Positions 1-10,472 of a stretch of 64,000 nt of DNA are shown piece after piece. The stretch lies in contig CAVQKE010000003.1 in the NCBI GenBank assembly GCA_963713045.1, forward strand, positions 960,001-1,024,000. The letters are read 5' to 3'. Both the position numbers and the translations under genes were made by a program. The stretch is from an uncultured delta proteobacterium (GTDB taxonomy: Bacteria > Myxococcota > Myxococcia > Myxococcales > Myxococcaceae). A model generated the notes under the pieces. The model saw nothing but the letters and a program-made list of their open reading frames with translations, was not told the DNA's origin and searched no databases. Each line of letters opens with the position of its first letter. Position 1 is the first letter of the stretch.

Positions 1-343
1 TGTGGCCGGGGCCGCGGCGCTGCGTCGCTGGGTAAAGCGCCCGGTGCTGGTGATGCCGAAGCAGACCAAGCGAAACCTCGTTGCGCGGGTGCAGGTGGCG
101 TCGACCGTGGATGGCCGTCCCACTTCCCTCTTGACCGACCTGGGCCGCTTTCAGGTGGGCGCCAACGGCGCGAGTCTCCACGCCCATCGCTCCTGGACAA
201 CGCCTGCCGACATTCTCGAGCGGACCGGGTTTCCTTTCATTCTCGCCGCCGACCTTCGAGCTGAGGCGGCGCCCGGTGCGGCGACGCTGGCGGCAATCGA
301 CGCACTCGATCCGGACAACTTCCGAGAACGGCTGGTCGGCTGA
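1..343 (+). CDS. aibB: CoA-transferase beta subunit-like protein (AibB, 3-methylglutaconyl-CoA decarboxylase subunit), 5'-truncated by the window edge
   Basis: C-terminus LLTDLGRF...TGFPF...IDALDP is typical of family I CoA-transferase beta subunits. It lies directly upstream of an MDR reductase and HMG-CoA synthase, matching the myxobacterial aib operon order. Confidence 0.7.
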   Translation, partial: VAGAAALRRWVKRPVLVMPKQTKRNLVARVQVASTVDGRPTSLLTDLGRFQVGANGASLHAHRSWTTPADILERTGFPFILAADLRAEAAPGAATLAAIDALDPDNFRERLVG

Positions 344-368
344 TGACGTCGAGACCTAGGAGAGGCCA

Positions 369-1409
369 ATGGATGCGGTAGTGCTGAGGGCCTTTGGCGA
401 GTCCGGGAATTTGCGTCTCGAATCGGTCCCGGAGCCAACGGTCAATCCGGGCGAGGTCCTCTTGGGCGTCCGCGCCTGTGGCGTCTGCTACCACGACGTC
501 ATCAACCGTCGCGGGCAGCTTCCCCGGACCAGCGTTCCAGCCATCCTCGGACATGAGGTGGCGGGCGAGGTGGTTGCCATCGGCCCGGGCGTCAGCGGAT
601 GGCAAGTCGGAGACCGGGCGGCGACGCTGCAGAGACTCTCTTGCGGAAGTTGCCCGACCTGCCTCGGCGGACGTCCCACGCTTTGCAAGAAGGACGCGCG
701 CTTCTTTGGCGAGGAGATTCCCGGCGGGTATGCGTCGCTGATGGCCGCGCCGGTCGCGGGCCTGGGCCGGGTGCCAAATGGCCTCTCTTGGGAAGCGGCG
801 GCCACGGCCTGCTGCACCACCGGGACCGCGATCCACGTGCTCCGTACCCGCGGCCGTGTTCGCCCGGGGGAAACCGTGCTGGTGACGGGAGCCAGCGGCG
901 GCGTCGGTCTGTCCGCGGTGCAGCTCGCCCGCCTCGACGGCGCACGCGTTCTAGCCGTCACCTCCAGCGCATCCAAAGTCGCGGCGCTTGAGGCGGCTGG
1001 GGCGCACGAAGTCATCGTCTCCCCCAACCTGGAGTTCTCTGCCGAGGTCCGGCGGCGAAGTGGCGGAGACGGCGTCAACGTCGTCCTCGAAATCGTCGGT
1101 AGCGCCACCTTTTCCCAGTCGCTGCGCTGCGTGGCGCCAGGCGGACGAGTGGTGGTGGTGGGCAATCTCGTCACGGGCGAAGTCACCCTCAATCCCGGTC
1201 TGGTCATCGTCAAAGAGCTGGAAATTATTGGCGCGTTCGCGACGGACCAAGCAGAACTCGAGGAAGCCCTCAAGCTCACTGCCACCCGGGCCATTCAACC
1301 GTTCATCTCCGAGGCCCTCCCACTTGCTGACGCGGCTGTCGCGCATTCGCGCCTCGAGCGGCGGGGCGTCGCGGGTCGCATCGTACTCGTTCCGCGGGCA
1401 GCCGCATGA
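369..1409 (+). CDS. aibC: Zn-dependent medium-chain dehydrogenase/reductase (AibC-like dimethylacrylyl-CoA reductase)
   Basis: Motifs CYHD, GHE, structural Zn CxxCxxC and GASGGVG. Context between aibB and mvaS. Confidence 0.8.
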   Translation: MDAVVLRAFGESGNLRLESVPEPTVNPGEVLLGVRACGVCYHDVINRRGQLPRTSVPAILGHEVAGEVVAIGPGVSGWQVGDRAATLQRLSCGSCPTCLGGRPTLCKKDARFFGEEIPGGYASLMAAPVAGLGRVPNGLSWEAAATACCTTGTAIHVLRTRGRVRPGETVLVTGASGGVGLSAVQLARLDGARVLAVTSSASKVAALEAAGAHEVIVSPNLEFSAEVRRRSGGDGVNVVLEIVGSATFSQSLRCVAPGGRVVVVGNLVTGEVTLNPGLVIVKELEIIGAFATDQAELEEALKLTATRAIQPFISEALPLADAAVAHSRLERRGVAGRIVLVPRAAA

Positions 1410-2668
1410 GGACTGGTGAAGCCATGAAGCAGCAAGTCGGAATCGAAGCCGTCGCCGTCGCCCTTCCACGTCGCTACATCGACCTCGCCGACCTCGCCCG
1501 GGCCCGAGGTGTCGAGCCGGCCAAGTACACACAAGGCCTCGGAGGCCTGGAGATGTCAGTCGCCGAGCCGGGGGAAGACACCGCCGCGCTGGCCGCCTCG
1601 GCGGTCGCGAAGCTGCTCGCCCACCGAGGGTTGGACCCTGCGCGCATCGGAATGCTGGTCGTCGGGACGGAGACCGGCGTTGACCATTCCAAGGCCGTCG
1701 CGTCCTACGTGCAGGGGATGCTCAGCTTTCCTTCGACCATGCGGACCTTTGACTGCCAACATGCCTGCTACGGCGGCACCGCGGCGCTCAATGCCGTGAG
1801 CGAGTGGATTGCTTCCGGGGCTGGGGCCGGTCGCGTCGGAATTGTCGTCTGCTCGGACATCGCCCGATACGGGCTCAACACCTCGGGCGAGCCGACCCAG
1901 GGTGCCGGCGCCGTGGCCATGCTGGTCTCCGAGGCCCCCGAGCTGCTGGCTCTCGACCTGGGTGTGAGTGGGACCTGCAGCATGGACGTGCACGACTTCT
2001 GGCGCCCGCTCGGTCGGCGGGAAGCTGTGGTCGATGGGCACTACTCCATTCACTGTTACCTAGAGGCAGTCTCGGGAAGCTACCGGGGCTGGCGCGGACG
2101 GGCCGTGGGCCGGGACCTCATCCGCTCGGATGACGTTCCCTCCGAGCAGCTGGCGCGAATTGCCTACCACGTCCCGTTCTGCAAGATGGCGAAGAAGGCA
2201 CACGCCCAGCTTCGCCGTTGCGACCTCGAAGACCGAGCGGGGAAACCCCTGGATGCTGCCGCCGAGGCCGAGGAGACGCCGCGGGCAGCTGCCAGCTTCG
2301 AACGGCAAGTCGCGCCTTCGCTTGGGCTCTCGGCTCGCATCGGCAACATTTACACTGGCTCGCTCTACCTCAGCCTGGCCAGCCTGCTGGTCAAGGAGGC
2401 CAACCTGCTGGGTGGAAAGCGCGTCGGGCTCTTCAGCTACGGCAGCGGATGCGTCAGTGAGTTCTTCTCGGGGGTGGTGGGGCCACGCGCTGCCGCCGCC
2501 ATCGCCGGGCTCGACCGTGTGCTGGCCGAGCGGGAGCAGATTGGAATTGAGGAATACACTCGCATTCTCGAGCTCCCCGCGGACCGTCCGTTGGGCACGC
2601 CCCCCCCGGCGGGCGCTTTCCGCTATGCCGGGACGGTGGACTTCCGCCGCAGGTACGTCCGCGGCTGA
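1406..2668 (+). CDS. mvaS: Hydroxymethylglutaryl-CoA synthase
   Basis: Motifs VGTETGVDHSK, HACYGGT (catalytic Cys), SDIARY, EPTQGAGAVA, DFWRP, HVPF, GNIYTGS, SYGSG. The start could be the second Met at 1424. Confidence 0.95.
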   Translation: MRTGEAMKQQVGIEAVAVALPRRYIDLADLARARGVEPAKYTQGLGGLEMSVAEPGEDTAALAASAVAKLLAHRGLDPARIGMLVVGTETGVDHSKAVASYVQGMLSFPSTMRTFDCQHACYGGTAALNAVSEWIASGAGAGRVGIVVCSDIARYGLNTSGEPTQGAGAVAMLVSEAPELLALDLGVSGTCSMDVHDFWRPLGRREAVVDGHYSIHCYLEAVSGSYRGWRGRAVGRDLIRSDDVPSEQLARIAYHVPFCKMAKKAHAQLRRCDLEDRAGKPLDAAAEAEETPRAAASFERQVAPSLGLSARIGNIYTGSLYLSLASLLVKEANLLGGKRVGLFSYGSGCVSEFFSGVVGPRAAAAIAGLDRVLAEREQIGIEEYTRILELPADRPLGTPPPAGAFRYAGTVDFRRRYVRG

Positions 2669-2711
2669 CCGCTGGCGCTTCGCGGGGCGTGCGCGTAGCG
2701 TCCCCGCCACA

Positions 2712-3011
2712 ATGACAACGCCAGCCGAACCCAAGGTACTTCCAGGTCTCGAAGGCGCCACGGCCACTCCGCCCGACCGGGTCCCCGCCCGGACGCGCGA
2801 GGGACGCATCACCCTCTCCGCCTGGAGAATGAACATCGCCACACCGAAGGGCGCCGGTAGCATCATGTTGGTCGAGACCAATGTCGGCGCGGTCTTCCGG
2901 GGAGAGGGCGTCTTCCTTGGCTGGCCTCAGGAGACGCTGGCTGCCGCCTACCGGTCGCTCGTCCCGAAGACAAGTGCGGACCTGGCCGCCAACCACCCGC
3001 AGCTCGGCTGA
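2712..3011 (+). CDS. Small hypothetical protein (~99 aa)
   Basis: ATG at 2712 in ORF 2130..3011. It fills the gap between mvaS and fdhE and has a globular-looking sequence (LSAWRMNI...FRGEGVFLGW). Confidence 0.6.
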   Translation: MTTPAEPKVLPGLEGATATPPDRVPARTREGRITLSAWRMNIATPKGAGSIMLVETNVGAVFRGEGVFLGWPQETLAAAYRSLVPKTSADLAANHPQLG

Positions 3012-3014
3012 AAG

Positions 3015-3824
3015 CTAGACCCCCGCCAACCCGGGCTCGATGCGAGCGAAGCCTTGCTCGACCGCCCACAGGTCCAGCCCCACCGAAACCAGGTCGTCCA
3101 CTTCTGGGATGGCATTGCCGTCCACGGTGAGGTCGACCGACTTCAGGTAACGGTGGCAGACGTCGCAAGCCTCAATCCGAGCTGCCGGGTACCGTTCCGT
3201 GCTGAAGGCAGGAAGTCGGTCGGGATTTTCCTCTCCGCACGCGGGACAGAAAATTCGGTTCACCACCCATTCGCTTCCGCACAAAGCACAGATGAGCGAG
3301 CGTTGCGCCCCGTGGCTGCCTGGAAGCGGCCGACGCGCTGCAACCCACGGCTGGCCACCACAGTGGGGACAAACCCGTACGGACTTCGCCCGCTCGACTG
3401 GCACTTGGTTGCGGACCAGGACCTCGACGTAGGGACGGAGCGCCGCACGGGAGAGGAAGTCCTCCCGTTCGTCCCGGGTGCCATTCCAGTAGACGCTGAG
3501 GCGCGCTTGGGCGACCTCTGGAGTTTCCGCCGAGCGTTCCCGGGCGACCTCTGCAAGCACCGGAGGCGCCTCCTCGGCGGCGTGCTGGTGCACCGCTCGG
3601 AGAGGCGCCACCAACCGCGTCGCATCCGCATCGAAGTGGCCAGTGAATGGACAACTGGCATGCAGAGCCTGGATGGCGGACGCGACTTCGCCCTGGACCC
3701 GGTACAGGCCGGCGGCGAAGCGCAATGGCTCAGCGGCTACGCTGCTCTCGCGCGCGAGTGTCTCGGCGCGGTCGGCAGCGCGACGGAAGGAAACGCTGAC
3801 CGGGGACTTACTTTCGCTGGTCAC
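3015..3824 (-). CDS. fdhE: Formate dehydrogenase accessory protein FdhE
   Basis: Four CxxC motifs (CPHCG, CALC, CPAC, CDVC) and YLKSVD...VDDL. Last gene of the fdn operon. Confidence 0.92.
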   Translation of the reverse strand: MTSESKSPVSVSFRRAADRAETLARESSVAAEPLRFAAGLYRVQGEVASAIQALHASCPFTGHFDADATRLVAPLRAVHQHAAEEAPPVLAEVARERSAETPEVAQARLSVYWNGTRDEREDFLSRAALRPYVEVLVRNQVPVERAKSVRVCPHCGGQPWVAARRPLPGSHGAQRSLICALCGSEWVVNRIFCPACGEENPDRLPAFSTERYPAARIEACDVCHRYLKSVDLTVDGNAIPEVDDLVSVGLDLWAVEQGFARIEPGLAGV

Positions 3825-4509
3825 CCGTCACGTCGCGGTACCAACGGGGGTGGTGAAGCTTCGCCCAAGCCTTGCTCACGGTTCCGTCCAGCATGGATTC
3901 GAAGGTGCCTGGCTCGGCAATGGCCAAGTAGACGTGTCCCATGATGAGAAGGAAGAAGGCGATGAAGGCAGCGTCGTGGAGTACCCACGACAGCTCGCGC
4001 AGGCCCGCCGGCATGACGGTTGGGAACCAGAGCACCAGGCCTGAGAGGAAAAGCGCCAAGCCGCCGAGCAGCGCTAACCAGAAAAGCGCCTTCTGGCCGC
4101 CGTTGTACTTGCCCGTTTCAGGATCGGTCGACTGAAAGCTCATGTACTTGGCGAAGTAGGAGGGGCTGAGCCACTCTTTGTCTCTGGCCGACATGACCAT
4201 CTGGGTCCACCAGGCGGCTGCCATCCACAACAGACCGACCGAGAAGAGCACGCCAAAGAGGGGGTGAAGCCAGCGGCAGACCGCCAACCCACCGAAGAGG
4301 GGCGCCATCCAGCCGAAGATGGGCGTCCAGATGGGCATCCCCGTCAGGCAGCAGAGGATGAAGCTGGTGCCGACCAGCCAGTGCATGGCGCGGGTGGCGA
4401 GGGTGTGGCGGACAATGCGGTTGCCGACTTCCACGTCCTCGACGGAGCGAGCGACGGCAATGGCCGGGTCAGCATGTCCGACATTCGGTGGCGAGACGAC
4501 GTTGGCCAT
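3808..4509 (-). CDS. fdnI: Formate dehydrogenase-N gamma subunit (cytochrome b556)
   Basis: RAMHW, RWLH, GKYNGGQK, LHD...GHVY and HHPRW motifs, four TM helices. True start MANVV at 4509. Confidence 0.92.
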   Translation of the reverse strand: MANVVSPPNVGHADPAIAVARSVEDVEVGNRIVRHTLATRAMHWLVGTSFILCCLTGMPIWTPIFGWMAPLFGGLAVCRWLHPLFGVLFSVGLLWMAAAWWTQMVMSARDKEWLSPSYFAKYMSFQSTDPETGKYNGGQKALFWLALLGGLALFLSGLVLWFPTVMPAGLRELSWVLHDAAFIAFFLLIMGHVYLAIAEPGTFESMLDGTVSKAWAKLHHPRWYRDVTGDQRK

Positions 4510-4511
4510 GG

Positions 4512-5387
4512 TCAGCCTCCCCCCGGGGGGGGGTTGTCGGTGGGGACCTTCTTTGGACCAATCCGGATGTAGTGGGTGAAGAGTCCGACCAGGGTCGCTC
4601 CGATGGCGAAAATTCCGAGCGGCTTGAGGATACGCTTGGTCAGCCCGACCACCCGCGGTACGTGCGGGTCTTTGGGAAGGCCATAGAGTTCCGGCTGGTC
4701 GCCGAAGGCCAGCACGGTCACCACCCCAGTGCCCCCGACGCCGGGCGGGTCGTACAGCATGGCATTGGCGAACCCGTTGGCCTGAAGCTGTTTCACCCGG
4801 GCGTTGCCCAGCTCCACCATGTCTTCCTTGCTGCCAAAGTGAAGGCAGCCGGTTGGGCAGGCCTTGATGCAGGCCGGCTCCAGTCCCGAGTCCACCCGGT
4901 CCACGCACAGCGTGCACTTCGCCATCTTCCCGGTGCTGGCCGAGAAGCGGGGCACATCGAAGGGGCAACCGGTCTCGCACAGGCCACAGCCGATGCAATT
5001 CTCAACGTTCACATCGACGATGCCGTTGGCGTACTGGACGATGGCGCCAGGCGCTGGGCAGGCCTCGAGGCAGCCCGGGTCGGCGCAGTGCATGCACTGG
5101 TCCTTGCGCATTAGCCAGGCAAGTCCGCCTTCAAATTCGTGCTCATTGAAGCGAATGAGATTCCAAAAGTCGGCCTGCATCGTGGGCAACGTTTGGTAGG
5201 AGCCCTCTTGGCGAGTAGGAACGACCGGCAGGTCGTTCCACTCCTGGCAGGCAACCTCGCAGGCCTTGCAGCCGATGCAGGTGCTGGTGTCGATGTATTT
5301 GGACACCTTGGTGAGTGTGCGTAGCCCGGTGGATTGTCCTCGGAGCGAGGCGGAGGATTGGAGGATTTCTAGGCCTTGGATGGGCAT
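4512..5387 (-). CDS. fdnH: Formate dehydrogenase-N beta subunit (4x[4Fe-4S])
   Basis: CIGCKACEVAC, CMHCADPGCLEACP, CIGCGLCETGCP, CTLC...CIKACP, C-terminal TM anchor, AAGGAGG RBS. Confidence 0.95.
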   Translation of the reverse strand: MPIQGLEILQSSASLRGQSTGLRTLTKVSKYIDTSTCIGCKACEVACQEWNDLPVVPTRQEGSYQTLPTMQADFWNLIRFNEHEFEGGLAWLMRKDQCMHCADPGCLEACPAPGAIVQYANGIVDVNVENCIGCGLCETGCPFDVPRFSASTGKMAKCTLCVDRVDSGLEPACIKACPTGCLHFGSKEDMVELGNARVKQLQANGFANAMLYDPPGVGGTGVVTVLAFGDQPELYGLPKDPHVPRVVGLTKRILKPLGIFAIGATLVGLFTHYIRIGPKKVPTDNPPPGGG

Positions 5388-5398
5388 GGTCGTCCTCC

Positions 5399-8300
5399 TT
5401 AGGTGTTGCTGAGAGGCTGGCCCTTCTCAATCCGCACCAGGAACGTCTTGTACTCCGGCGTCCAGGTGTTGGCGTCCATCGCCGACGGCGTCAGCATGTT
5501 GGCCAGAGGGCCGGTGTGGCCTTTGTCCCCGGTGTATCCCCAGTGAAGGGGAATGCCCACGTGCCAGAGGGGTTTTCCGTCGACCATCATCGGGAAGAGG
5601 CGCTTGGTCACCATGGCGACGCCCTGGACCGCGCCGCGCGCGGAGATGAGCCGCACTTGTGAGCCGTTGGCGATGCCGTTTTCACGAGCGAGTTGCTCGG
5701 GGATTTCGATGAAGAAGCCCGGTTGCAGCTGGTTGAGTACCTCGGTGTGTTTGGTCCAATAGTGGTACATCTCGGTCAATCGGTACGTGGAGCAGACAAT
5801 GGGGTAATCAGCGGCCGTGCCGTACTTGTCCAAGGCGGTCGAGAAGCGTCGACTCGCCGGGTTGGACGTCACCTTGGGGTGAAGCGGATTGGGAATGGCC
5901 GCCTCAATCGCCTCGTAATGTTCTGCGAACGGGCCGTCGTTGAGGACGGGAGCAAAAAGCCGTCCTGCACCTTCCGGCAGCATGATGAAGGCACCAAACT
6001 TTCCAGGCGGTGCATCGGGCGCCATGTCCGGAACGTCGGGACCAATCCATTTTTCGCCGTTCCACTGGATGCCAGGACGGGTGGGGTCCCAAGGCTTCCC
6101 GGCGGCGTCGGCCGAAGCGCGGTTGTACATGACACGCCGATTGGCTGGCCAGCTGAACGTCCACTGATGGTACATGCCGAGTCCGCTCGGGTCGGCCGTA
6201 CTGCGACGCTGAGCATTGTTGCCGGCCTCGGTGTAGACCCCCGTGTAAAGCCAAAGTCCACAGCTGGTCGAACCGTCGGCGCGCAGTTGCCCGAACGAGT
6301 CGAGTTGCTGCCCGGCAGCCTTCAGAAGCTTCTTCGGCTCCTTCGGGTCCTTGGGGTCCTTGGGAGGTTCGTAGAGATCGACTAGGGCCTTGCCGTTAAT
6401 CTCCTTGAGAACCTCTCCCAAGTCCGGAGCCAAGGGATTGGTGTAGTTCCAAGAGATGTTGAGGACCGCCTCCGGGAGGGCGCCGCCTTCCTTCCGGTAG
6501 AGTTCCCTGACGGCCATGAAAATCCGGGCGAGAATCTCTTGGTCGGACTTGACCAGTCCGGGAGGGTCAAGCGCCTTCCACTTCCATTGAACCCAGCGGG
6601 CGGAGTTGGTGAAGCTTCCATCCTTCTCCGCAAAGCCCGAGGCGGGAAGCTGGAAGACTTCGGTCTGAATCTCAGCGGGCGGCGGCCCGCCGTACTCTTT
6701 AGGCGCCTTCCAGAAAGTGGCGGTCTCAATCTCATAATTCTCGAAGACCACCAGCCACTTCAACTTCGCGAGAGAGTTGATCATCTTTGGCGCATTGGGA
6801 CCAATTCCCGCGGGGTTCATTCCGGCGGTGATGAGGCCCTGCGGACCAGATTCCACGCCGCCCGCCCGGGTGGAGCTACCCCGGTACATCTCGTCAAAGA
6901 GATACATCCACGAATAGTTCCCATCCGTCTTCGGAAGCCACGAGTAGCCGAAGTCATTCTCTGGCGTGGCGGATTTGCCGTAGAAGCTCTTCAAGAGAGA
7001 AACCATGAACTTCGGGTAGTTCTGCCAGTAGTTCATCGACGGCCAGGGCTCGTTGTTGAGCGTCTTGGGGGGCACCTTGTCCAAGTACGTGGCCAGGTCC
7101 ACGAGCTCACTGCGGGGCGTCGCCAGATAGCCCGATAAAATCTCGAATGTCCCTCCCAAGTCGGTGGCGCCCTGAATGTTGGAATGGCCGCGAAGCGCAT
7201 TGACGCCTCCACCCGGCCTTCCGACATTCCCCAGCAGCAGCTGAAGTGTTGCCGCAGCGCGAATCATCTGGACGCCGACCGAATGCTGGGTCCAACCGAG
7301 CGCGTAAGTGACGGTCCCCACTCGGTTGTCGGGGTAACTCGAGGTCACGACCTTCGCGACCTCGAGGAACTTGTCCTTCGGAGTCCCGGTGACCCGCTCC
7401 ACCATCTCCGGCGTGTAACGTTCGACGTGCTTCTTCAACAGCTGGAAGACGCAGCGCGGATTCTGCAGTGTGAGGTCGAGCTCGTAGCTCTTCGTGGACG
7501 GGTCGGCCTGGTAGGCCCATGCGGTCTTGTCGTAACTCTTCGAAGCCTCATCCCAGCCACTAAACAACCCGCCGTCGAAACCGAACTTGTCATTGATGAT
7601 GTAGGGAGCGTTGGTAAACAGCTTGATGTACTCCTCGGCGAAACGCTTGGTCTCGATGGCGTAGCGGATGATGCCATTGAGGAAAGCGATGTCCGAGCCA
7701 GGCCGGAGCTGCGCATAGAGGTCCGCGACCGCTGCCGTTCGCGTGAAGCGCGGATCGACGACCACCAGTTTGGCGTTCCGGGTCTTCTTCGCTTCGATTG
7801 CCCATTTGAATCCGCAGGGATGGTTCTCAGCGGGATTGCCGCCCATGGCAAGGATGACATCCGCATTCTTGATGTCGACCCACCCATTGGTCATCGCCCC
7901 GCGACCGAATGTGGCGGCCAAACTGGCCACCGTTGGACCGTGTCATACTCGAGCTTGACTGTCGCGATAGACGACGCCCAGCCCTTCGATGAATTTGTCC
8001 TGCAGGAAATTAAACTCATTGGTGTCAGTGCAGCCGCCAATCACAGCGATGCCGGGCGTGCGGTTGACCACCTGACCTCTCGCGTTCTTCGCGACGAAGG
8101 TGCGGTCGCGTGTGTCCTTGATGTGACGAGCAATTTTGGAAATGGCCTCGTCCCAGGAAACTTCCTCCCAATGGTCGGAACCCGGGCGGCGGATTTTCGG
8201 CACCGTCAGGCGATTGGGGTTGCTGATGTCGTCCTTGAGCGTCGAGCCTTTGGGGCACAGCGTGCCGCGGTTGATGGGATGGTCGGGGTCCCCCTCGACA

Positions 8301-8518
8301 TGCACCACCGACGGGGTGACATTTTTCGCCTTGTCGCCGAGCGTATGAATGATGACGCCGCAAGAGACCGCGCAGTAGGGGCAGGTGCTTCGGGTTTCGG
8401 TCGTCCTGTCAATCTTCAGCAGCCGCAACTCGGCTCGCGCCTTGGACAAGTCAAAGAAGGCCAAGCCGACACCGACAGCTGCAGTTCCCTTGAGAAACGC
8501 GCGGCGTTGCATCTGCAT
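5399..8518 (-). CDS. fdnG: Formate dehydrogenase-N alpha subunit, selenocysteine-containing (in-frame UGA at 7943-7945)
   Basis: ORFs 7943..8830 and 5399..7930 are in the same frame and join as SQARV-U-HGPTVASLAATFGRGAMTN, the FdnG Sec motif. Tat signal RRAFLK, CPYCAVSC..CPKG Fe-S motif, GGAGG RBS before ATG 8518. Confidence 0.95.
7913..7945 (-). promoter_or_regulatory. Bacterial SECIS element following the Sec UGA
   Basis: Minus strand reads TGA, 11 nt, then the hairpin GGTGGCCA-GTT-TGGCCGCC with GU in the apical loop. Confidence 0.85.
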
Positions 8519-8551
8519 CGCAAACCTCCAGGTGTCAGCCGGGACCTCCGG

Positions 8552-8580
8552 AGACTGAAACCGCGAAGCGAAGGTGTCAA
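8552..8580 (-). promoter_or_regulatory. Putative sigma70-type promoter of the fdn operon
   Basis: Perfect TTGACA, 17-nt spacer, then CAGTCT, about 35 nt upstream of the fdnG start. Confidence 0.45.
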
Positions 8581-8618
8581 GCGATGCCACGCCCAGCTTC
8601 CGCATTTGCCGCTCTGCG

Positions 8619-9689
8619 TCATGCGCCGAGTGCAGCTGCGACGGCGCGCGCAGCGGCGACAAACGCCTGCGCCGCTGCTGACTCCGGCTCCAGCTCCACA
8701 ATCGGCGTGCCAGCGTCCCCCCCTTCGACGATGCGCGGGTGCAGGGGAACCTCCCCAAGAAATGGAATTCCCAGCTGCTCGGCAGTGGTGCGGCCTCCGC
8801 CATGTTTAAAGGGATGGTCGACGTGGCCACAGGCCGGGCAGACGTAGGAGGCCATGTTTTCCACCAGCCCGAGAACCCGCACGTCCACCTTTCGAAACAT
8901 GGCCAGCCCCTTCCGGGCGTCCACCAGCGCCACGTCCTGCGGCGTCGTCACGATGACGGCTCCAGACAGAGCTGTCTTCTGGCTGAGCGTCAACTGGACG
9001 TCGCCGGTGCCCGGGGGGAGGTCGGCGAGGAGGAAGTCGAGCACTCCCCATCGCACTCCAGTCAGCAGTTGCTCCACGGCCTTCATCACCATTGGTCCAC
9101 GCCAGACCGCCGGTTGGTCGGCGCCCATCAATGCCCCAAGCGTCGCGACTCGCACCTGGTGTCGTCGCTGGGGCTGGAGCAGGCTGTCTTCGGCATCGAC
9201 AAAAGGCTTGTCGGCGATGCCCATCATCATCTGCTGGGAGGGACCATAAATGTCGAGGTCCATGAGGCCCACCTTGTAGCCGAGCCGGGCGAGGGCCACC
9301 GCGAGATTGGCGGTGACCGTCGACTTCCCCACACCTCCTTTGCCGGAGGCGATGGCGACCTTAAAGCGGATTTGCGCCAGTCGGGCCTGCGCCGCAGCGT
9401 CTACCGGGCTCGGCGCCGGCACCGGCATCCGGGCCCGAACCCGCGGAATGAGGTCCACCTGAATCGTCAGCTGGTGGGGAACGACCAGCGGTAGAAGTTT
9501 CCTCTCGCATTCGCCTCGGATGACGTTGGCTGCATGCTGGGCATCGGCGCTCAGCTCTAAGCGAAAGCGCACGTCGCCTTCGACCACGGTGAGGTCCTTC
9601 ACGAAGCCAATGCCCACAATGTCTCGGCTTAGTCCCGGGAAGAGCACCGTCTTCAGGACCTCGGTGACCTGGTCTTCGGAAAGAGCCAT
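8619..9689 (-). CDS. mrp: Mrp/NBP35 (ApbC) Fe-S cluster carrier ATPase
   Basis: SGKGGVGKST, DLDIYGPS, WRGPM, DLPPGTGD, VTTPQ, VENM..CPAC motifs, with an N-terminal DUF59-like segment. Confidence 0.93.
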   Translation of the reverse strand: MALSEDQVTEVLKTVLFPGLSRDIVGIGFVKDLTVVEGDVRFRLELSADAQHAANVIRGECERKLLPLVVPHQLTIQVDLIPRVRARMPVPAPSPVDAAAQARLAQIRFKVAIASGKGGVGKSTVTANLAVALARLGYKVGLMDLDIYGPSQQMMMGIADKPFVDAEDSLLQPQRRHQVRVATLGALMGADQPAVWRGPMVMKAVEQLLTGVRWGVLDFLLADLPPGTGDVQLTLSQKTALSGAVIVTTPQDVALVDARKGLAMFRKVDVRVLGLVENMASYVCPACGHVDHPFKHGGGRTTAEQLGIPFLGEVPLHPRIVEGGDAGTPIVELEPESAAAQAFVAAARAVAAALGA

Positions 9690-9808
9690 TGGCCCTACTC
9701 TGCCTGGCTACGGCCGCAACGGCCAACGGTCGCTCGACACCTTGCTGAACGGCGAGCGGAGTTGACCGCTCGCCAGCCCGTGCTTAGGGCTGCTACAAAC
9801 AGGCAGTC

Positions 9809-10462
9809 GTGGAGAGCCAGGCCAGTGCACTTCAGGCGGTCTGCGACGCCTGCCGCCGACTGCACGGCCGGAACCTACTCGCCGCCGCCGATGGCAACAT
9901 CTCGCTGCGCGTGGGCCGCGACGAAATCGCCATCACCCCGGCTGGCGTCAACAAGTCTGAGCTGCAGCCTGACGACATGGCCCGGATGCGGCTCGACGGC
10001 GCCGTGGTGTCGGGCAACCCGTCGAGCGAGCGGAGGTTGCATCTGTTGGTCTACCAACGCTGCCCAGAGGCTTCTGCCGTGGTGCACGCGCACCCACCCA
10101 TCGCCATCGCCTGGACGCTTGCCTATCCCGAGCTTACCGAACTGCCTGCGGAGGCACTCCCTGAAGTCATCCTCGCCGCGGGAACCATTCCGGTGGTGCC
10201 CTATGCGCGCCCCGGGACGGAGGGAATGGCCAGGGCCGTCGAGGCCTTCCTGCCGGCGTACCGGCTTTTCCTGCTGGCGCGGCACGGCGCGCTGGCCTGG
10301 GGGGAGTCGCTCGAAGAGGCCATCAACGGCATCGAGCGGGTAGAGCATGTCGCCCTCATTCTCAAGACGGCATTCGAACTCGGCGGAGCCAAACCGCTGC
10401 CGGAGGAGGAGCGCCAGGCCCTTCGCTTCCTCCGGGCAAAGAGCGGGCCCAAGCTGCTCTGA
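9809..10462 (+). CDS. Class II aldolase/adducin family protein (FucA/Ald2-like)
   Basis: DGNIS, ITPAG, PSSE, VVHAHP and LARHG motifs. Confidence 0.88.
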   Translation: MESQASALQAVCDACRRLHGRNLLAAADGNISLRVGRDEIAITPAGVNKSELQPDDMARMRLDGAVVSGNPSSERRLHLLVYQRCPEASAVVHAHPPIAIAWTLAYPELTELPAEALPEVILAAGTIPVVPYARPGTEGMARAVEAFLPAYRLFLLARHGALAWGESLEEAINGIERVEHVALILKTAFELGGAKPLPEEERQALRFLRAKSGPKLL

Positions 10463-10472
10463 CGAGGCCGAC

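Noticed and set aside
7931..7945. fdnG as a pseudogene or two separate genes
   Set aside because: The stop is the conserved Sec UGA with a SECIS.
8519..8618. Possible Moco riboswitch upstream of fdnG
   Set aside because: The leader is too short and no characteristic stems were seen. A plain promoter explains the region.
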